From an uncultured Pseudomonadales bacterium (GTDB lineage: Bacteria > Pseudomonadota > Gammaproteobacteria > Pseudomonadales > Azotimanducaceae), in NCBI GenBank assembly GCA_964351875.1, contig CAYGQC010000001.1, positions 2,048 to 66,047 on the forward strand: 64,000 nucleotides of DNA, in the 5' to 3' direction. This document shows, piece after piece, positions 59,087 to 64,000 of the stretch. The position numbers were made by a program, and so were the translations under genes. The number at the start of each line of letters is the position of its first letter. Position 1 is the first letter of the stretch. Under the pieces are notes generated by a model. That model was given only the letters and a program-made list of their open reading frames with translations. It ran no database searches and was not told the DNA's origin.

Positions 59087-60121
59087 TCAGGTTCGCTCGC
59101 CAACGGGTATCGGTTTCAGGATTGCTTCCAATCGAGACGACAGCGCAGACACATCAAAACGCTCTGCCAGGGCGCCGGTATTCGGCGCGACAGGTTCCGC
59201 AGCGAGCGCGAGCGCCAGAGCGTCGGCCGTATCATCAGATGCAAATACCGCACCGCTCCCGAGCACAACCATCGGTCCCGGCGCCGGGGTAGAAACGATA
59301 GGCACACCGGCAAGCCCTGCCTCAAGCGCCACCATGTTGAACGCTTCATGGTCATTCGAAGCAAGAAGTACTCGGTCAAAAGCTCGGTACAGGCGCTGCG
59401 CGTCAGATCGATAACCGGCGAAGCTGACATCCGGTTGAGCCGCCGCGCCGACATCCAGAACGCTGCGCTCATCACCATCCCCGACAAAGACGAGTTGCCA
59501 ATTCTCCTTGCGAGCCTTTTTGTAGGCGGCGAGCGCGAGCGCGGGCTGCTTCTTCCAATGCAGGCGACCGACAATGCCGATCACCAGCTTGTCCGGCGCA
59601 ATGTCCAATGCTTGCCTGGCTTGCTCTCGAGGCAGCAGGGCCGACTGCAGCGCGCTGACGTCCACCGCGTTGGGCAACTCCAGGACACCTCGTCCGAGGT
59701 GCCGGGCGAGTTCTTGTTGTACGGGCGCTGATACCGCGGCGAAGCGAATTCTACGAGCAAAAAGCCGCAGCCAGAGTCGCCGACGGAGCGAACGCCCGAG
59801 ACCAAACTCATGCGCGACGCAGAGTATGGGACGCCCCCACTGCACTGCGAGCGCTATGCGCATCGCGCGATAGCGGTGGGCGATCAACGCGGTGAAGTCG
59901 CCGTCACCCGGCTCGCTCACAAGCCAGCGCCGCAGGGTGTCAGGCGCATCGGTCGCTCTATCGACATTCAGATAAACCGCGCCTGAGACCGGATCGTTGC
60001 GCGCTGCCCCGATAAACACCGTGACAACTTCGTGGCCGAGCGCAGACAGCGCATCAACATAACGCTCGGTGATTTGACCAAACGGCGGATGATCGTTCGG
60101 ACAAAGTTGCAGCAGCCTCAT
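59087..60121 (-). CDS. GT4/GT1-family glycosyltransferase (LPS core)
   Basis: GT-B C-domain pattern (FVGDGDER...LLASNDHEAFNMVALEAGLAGVPIVST). 4-nt overlap with the upstream carbamoyltransferase gene. Confidence 0.75.
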   Translation of the reverse strand: MRLLQLCPNDHPPFGQITERYVDALSALGHEVVTVFIGAARNDPVSGAVYLNVDRATDAPDTLRRWLVSEPGDGDFTALIAHRYRAMRIALAVQWGRPILCVAHEFGLGRSLRRRLWLRLFARRIRFAAVSAPVQQELARHLGRGVLELPNAVDVSALQSALLPREQARQALDIAPDKLVIGIVGRLHWKKQPALALAAYKKARKENWQLVFVGDGDERSVLDVGAAAQPDVSFAGYRSDAQRLYRAFDRVLLASNDHEAFNMVALEAGLAGVPIVSTPAPGPMVVLGSGAVFASDDTADALALALAAEPVAPNTGALAERFDVSALSSRLEAILKPIPVGERT

Positions 60122-61875
60122 GGTGCCACCTCTGATCTTTCAACAGCTTGAACCGGCTTCGATACCAGCCAGTCTTCAAGCACAAGATACTCAAGATCGC
60201 ACGCCAGAAACATGACCAGCGCATCTTCCGGCGAGCAAACCAGGGGCTCACCCCGACGATTGAGCGACGTATTCAAAAGCACAGGATTACCGGTCAGCTC
60301 GCCGACCCGATGAAGCAATTTGTAGTAGAGGGGATGCTGATGCCGCTCGACAATCTGAACCCGGGCCGTCCCGTCTTCATGTACAACCTCGGGTACGCGC
60401 TCGCGCCACTGCGGTTGCACATCGAAGGTAAACGTCATGAATGGCGACGGATGATCACTACCGAGCATGTCTTCAGCCACGCTGTCAGCGACGCTGGGGC
60501 AGAACGGTCGCCAGCGCTCGCGAAATTTGATCTGCGCATTGATGCGGTCCGCTATTCCTGGCGAGTTCGGACAGCCGAGAATACTTCGGCCACCGAGCGC
60601 TCTGGGGCCAAATTCCATACGACCGGAGAACCAGGCGACGGGGTGACCGTCAGCGAGAAGCTGCGCGGTTTGCGATACGACATCATCCATTTTGTGCGCA
60701 ACAACCGCATCCCCCGCTTCACAGATCGCGCGCGCGCACGCCGCCGAATCAAACGCGGGGCCGAGGTAGACGTGGGTCATCTTTTTGACGCGCTCGCCGC
60801 GATGACTGGCGATCAACGTCGCCGCCCCTAGCGCGGTGCCCGAGTCTCCCGCCGCCGGTTGCACCCACAGAGTGCTCACATCATCCCGCGCAATGATGCG
60901 CTGGTTAAGCTTCACGTTAAGCGCAGCGCCACCGGCGTAGGCAAGCTGGCCACATTCCGCGAGTACCGAGCCGAGGTGTTCATCGATCAGCTCGAGCACC
61001 CGTTCCTCAAACAGCCGCTGCAGGCTGGCCGCGATGTGAATGTAGGGTTCGTCCGCGATGTCACCAGAGCGTGGCTCACCGAGCCATTCCACCAGTCGAG
61101 GCGAAAAGTAATAACCGCGGCCATCGCGCTTGAAGCGGCGCAGACCGACCGTGTTGACGTACTGCGTATTCACGCGCACGCCACCGGGTACTTTCTTGAT
61201 CAGGCGCGACAGATCAAATCGATCCGCATCTCCGTAGGGCGCCATGCCCATCACCTTGAACTCGCCATCGAGCATGTCGAAGCCAAGAAACTCAGTCATC
61301 GCGCCGTAAACGCCACCCAGACTGTCCGGGTCAAACAGCTCAGCAATCTTGTGAATGCCCTGCTCGTCACCCCAGCCGAACCAGGTGGTCGCGTACTCGC
61401 CTTTGCCATCAACGCCGAGAATGGCGGTCTTGCCTTGGAAGCCGCTGAGATGAAACGCGCTGGACGCGTGGGCGAGGTGATGTTCGACGGGTGCAAACTC
61501 GGTTCGCTGCCAGTCGATACCGAGCCGTTCGCCAAATCGGTGCACGTCAGCGCGCTTGCGTCGATACCGGCGATTGCCATTGAACAGCGCATCCAGCGCT
61601 CGATCCGGGGCGTACCAATGCCGCGCCGCGTAGTGCCAGCGGGCGCGGGAGGCTAGCGAGATAGGCGCATAGGGGTACGCGATGACATCAATGTCGTTGG
61701 GTTCCAGGCCAGCTTCCGCCAAGCAATAGCGCGCAGCGTGTTCCGGCAACTGCTTACGCGCATGCTTGTCGCGCAGAAAGCGCTCTTCCTCTGCCGCAGC
61801 CACCACTTCACCATCGACGACAAGTGCCGCCGACGCATCGTGATCGAGCGCACCGGATAGTCCGAGAATATTCAC
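60118..61875 (-). CDS. NodU/CmcH-family carbamoyltransferase (PA5005-like, LPS core context)
   Basis: MNILGLSGALDHDASAALVVDGEVVAAAEEERFLRDKH N-terminus, at the typical ~585 aa length. Confidence 0.88.
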   Translation of the reverse strand: MNILGLSGALDHDASAALVVDGEVVAAAEEERFLRDKHARKQLPEHAARYCLAEAGLEPNDIDVIAYPYAPISLASRARWHYAARHWYAPDRALDALFNGNRRYRRKRADVHRFGERLGIDWQRTEFAPVEHHLAHASSAFHLSGFQGKTAILGVDGKGEYATTWFGWGDEQGIHKIAELFDPDSLGGVYGAMTEFLGFDMLDGEFKVMGMAPYGDADRFDLSRLIKKVPGGVRVNTQYVNTVGLRRFKRDGRGYYFSPRLVEWLGEPRSGDIADEPYIHIAASLQRLFEERVLELIDEHLGSVLAECGQLAYAGGAALNVKLNQRIIARDDVSTLWVQPAAGDSGTALGAATLIASHRGERVKKMTHVYLGPAFDSAACARAICEAGDAVVAHKMDDVVSQTAQLLADGHPVAWFSGRMEFGPRALGGRSILGCPNSPGIADRINAQIKFRERWRPFCPSVADSVAEDMLGSDHPSPFMTFTFDVQPQWRERVPEVVHEDGTARVQIVERHQHPLYYKLLHRVGELTGNPVLLNTSLNRRGEPLVCSPEDALVMFLACDLEYLVLEDWLVSKPVQAVERSEVAP

Positions 61876-61896
61876 CGAGCCAGTATAGTGGATGCG

Positions 61897-63231
61897 TTAG
61901 AGAGGGTTGCGATCAAAGACCTCACGCGCCGCAGCGAGTTGCTCACTGCCGCAAGGAAAGTTCGCAAGAAACCGCTCGCGATCACGCTGACGCTCAGCAA
62001 GGCTGCCCGGCGCCATCGCATCAAGGTCGATGATGTAAACGCCGGCAGCCGCCACGACGAAGTTGCTCGCCTTCGTATCGCCATGGCGAAGACCGAGGTT
62101 ATGAATACCCACAATGAGGCGAGCTGCCGCCGCGACGTTCGGCCCGTTTTGACTGTCGGTTTGATCGAGCGTTGGCCCGGTCAACGATTCACAAACAAGT
62201 GTCGCGCTCGGCACAAAAGGCCCAATGCGAGACTCGTGCAGAAACAGCGGCTGCGCGGTCGGCAACCCGAAGTAGCGCAGTACGTGTCCGTAGCTCCAGG
62301 ATCGCCGCGCGCGTGAGCCTTTCAGCGCGCGCCTTACGAGACGAGGCCAGGACTTAGCGCGGGTCTGTTTAACGACAATCGCTTTCTCACTCAGGCGAGA
62401 CTGGCTAACCGTTGCGCTATTACCCGACTTCAAACGCGCAGCGTCCGCGAGCAAGCCTTGGAAAGCTGGCGCGTCATCCAGCAGAGACGGCAACGGCAGC
62501 GGGCTGTCATTGACCCAGGCGGCAAAAAGGTCCGCGGTCTTGCGCACGGAGAAGGCCGTGCACTGACGAACGGTTTTCGCGGCGATGAGTCGAGTTCGCA
62601 TCTGGCGAGCCCGCACAATCTGTGCGCGTAGCGTTTCGGCGCTCGCAGGCTTTAGCCCCCGGCAGGTTTCGTAAGCGCGCAGCGCGGTAGTCAATCGCTC
62701 CTCATCCGTAGGAGCAAATTCGGCGAGCAAACGGCACGCGTTGCGCCGCCCCGCGGATTCGCTGACGGGCCTGGCTGACTCACTGACATCGCCCCCATCG
62801 AGCCAGAGCGGCCGCTGAACTCCTCCGTCCTGCTCAAGAAACACGTTGTCGAGATGCGGATCGTTCAGAGCAACGCCGGCATCGTGTGCTTTCGCTAGAT
62901 CCTCGAGTAACGCTGCAGCCGCTTCATGGTCATGCCGACCTGGGGATGCGCCGCTCGCGCGCTCGAGCACAAGCAGCTCACCGCCGTCAGCCAGTGCCGC
63001 CCGTTGGATCAGCGCGGGCGAGCGCAGACCCGTCTCATTGAGCGACTCCAGTCCCGATGCTTCCCGGTCAGCATCCCGCGTAGCTTTCGGGCCGGTAAAC
63101 GCTTTGGCGAATCGCTCTGCGCCGTTAATGTGGGCAAGACCCGCGATTCGCTTGCCTTCCAGGTGTCGCAACACCGGCTCTATGACGATGACACCGCCGT
63201 CGGCCAGGCGTGCCTGCCAGCGATCAATCAA
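61897..63231 (-). CDS. Lipopolysaccharide kinase (Kdo/WaaP family), two kinase-like halves
   Basis: The C-half carries HGDTKASNFVV...IIDLD. The N-half carries AHDAGVALNDPHLDNVFL...LWLDGGD (a D-x4-N retained without the His). It overlaps waaG by 4 nt. Confidence 0.7.
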   Translation of the reverse strand: MIDRWQARLADGGVIVIEPVLRHLEGKRIAGLAHINGAERFAKAFTGPKATRDADREASGLESLNETGLRSPALIQRAALADGGELLVLERASGASPGRHDHEAAAALLEDLAKAHDAGVALNDPHLDNVFLEQDGGVQRPLWLDGGDVSESARPVSESAGRRNACRLLAEFAPTDEERLTTALRAYETCRGLKPASAETLRAQIVRARQMRTRLIAAKTVRQCTAFSVRKTADLFAAWVNDSPLPLPSLLDDAPAFQGLLADAARLKSGNSATVSQSRLSEKAIVVKQTRAKSWPRLVRRALKGSRARRSWSYGHVLRYFGLPTAQPLFLHESRIGPFVPSATLVCESLTGPTLDQTDSQNGPNVAAAARLIVGIHNLGLRHGDTKASNFVVAAAGVYIIDLDAMAPGSLAERQRDRERFLANFPCGSEQLAAAREVFDRNPL

Positions 63232-64000
63232 CGCTCACGCTCGGCGAGCGCTTCAAGCGCGTCAACGGCAGCCTCGGCGAGCCGATAAATCTCCGGGTTG
63301 TCAGCGAGCGAGCGGGCATTGCGCTGCCACTGCTCGCGCTTCTCCGATGTAAGTATCTCAACCAACAGGTCGTTGAACTGCGCGGGATCAAACGGTGTCG
63401 GGCAGACGAGTCCGCCATCACACTCCGCAACATACGGTGCGTAGCCACAGTTGTCTGTCACGAGAACCGGCAGGCCTGCGATCATCGCTTCGAGTATCAC
63501 CATGCCTGCCGTCTCGTCATAAGCAGGCAAAACAAACGCATCCGCTGCCTGCAACCAACGTGGCACATCATCGCGGCCACCGAGAAAGGTCACCCGCGAC
63601 TGAATGCCCAGGCGCATCACCATGCGCTCAAAAGCATCACCCCGATCCTGACCAACAATCACAAGCTTCACTTTGGGGGCAATGTGCTCCGGCAACGTGT
63701 GCATGGCGACAAGCAGTCGATCGAGTCCCTTCTTGATAAAGCCCGAACCGACGAAAGCAATCAGATGCTCGTCGGGCATAACGGACAGCTCCGCCCGGCA
63801 CTCCTCGCGCGCGCGCCCGGATACTTCGGTCGCTGCCCTGCTGGGATCGATGCCCGGCGGCAGCGGTACAAACCGCTCGGCCTGGGTGCCGTAGTGATGG
63901 CTAAACGCTGCCGGCTGCACCGGCGAGATTGTGAGTATCAATGTCTTGGCTTCTCGATCAAAGACACTCCTCTCAAAATGCGAGAAGTGTCGATAGCGAG
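63228..64000 (-). CDS. waaG: LPS core alpha-1,3-glucosyltransferase WaaG (5' end beyond the window)
   Basis: The frame stays open to base 64000 (...RYRHFSHFERSVFDREAKTLILTISP...). GT4 C-domain (FVGSGFIKKGLDR, AYDETAGMVILEAMIAGLPVL). Confidence 0.85.
   Translation of the reverse strand, partial: RYRHFSHFERSVFDREAKTLILTISPVQPAAFSHHYGTQAERFVPLPPGIDPSRAATEVSGRAREECRAELSVMPDEHLIAFVGSGFIKKGLDRLLVAMHTLPEHIAPKVKLVIVGQDRGDAFERMVMRLGIQSRVTFLGGRDDVPRWLQAADAFVLPAYDETAGMVILEAMIAGLPVLVTDNCGYAPYVAECDGGLVCPTPFDPAQFNDLLVEILTSEKREQWQRNARSLADNPEIYRLAEAAVDALEALAERER

Overview
GC-rich (about 60% by eye) chromosomal core segment of a gammaproteobacterium. Gene order resembles, from memory, the Pseudomonas aeruginosa PA4938-PA5010 region. 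The order is purA-hisZ-yjeT-hflCKX-hfq-miaA-mutL-amiB-tsaE-nnr, then queG, orn, rhdA-psd, fimX, serB, parC-parE-cpdA, tolC/opmH, waaA, hldE and LPS-core genes. I call about 60 protein-coding genes, almost all housekeeping and tightly packed. I recognised no rRNA, tRNA, CRISPR array, transposase, integrase or phage gene. I do not see a clear-cut new defence or mobile system. Six things deserve a second look. (1) purK-purE-sbtA-sbtB is co-directional and converges on an esterase/beta-carbonic-anhydrase/nhaA operon, suggesting bicarbonate supply linked to purine carboxylation. (2) psd keeps its reading frame but has two in-frame TAG codons inside a locally degraded 31-codon stretch. (3) hfq and hflX are separated by 683 bp containing a 3 x 12-bp tandem repeat. 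(4) A c-di-GMP-related neighbourhood holds a large protein with a PilZ-like C-terminus, a FimX-like degenerate GGDEF-EAL protein, and a membrane protein with a degenerate cyclase-like domain. (5) An orphan prepilin has a 26-residue leader. (6) A DGPF/YCII protein is paired with an ECF42-like sigma factor and a candidate TGTCGA promoter. Three unrelated short tandem repeats (21-mer, 12-mer, 12-mer) are also present. All family assignments come from reading motifs in the supplied translations; no database search was run.
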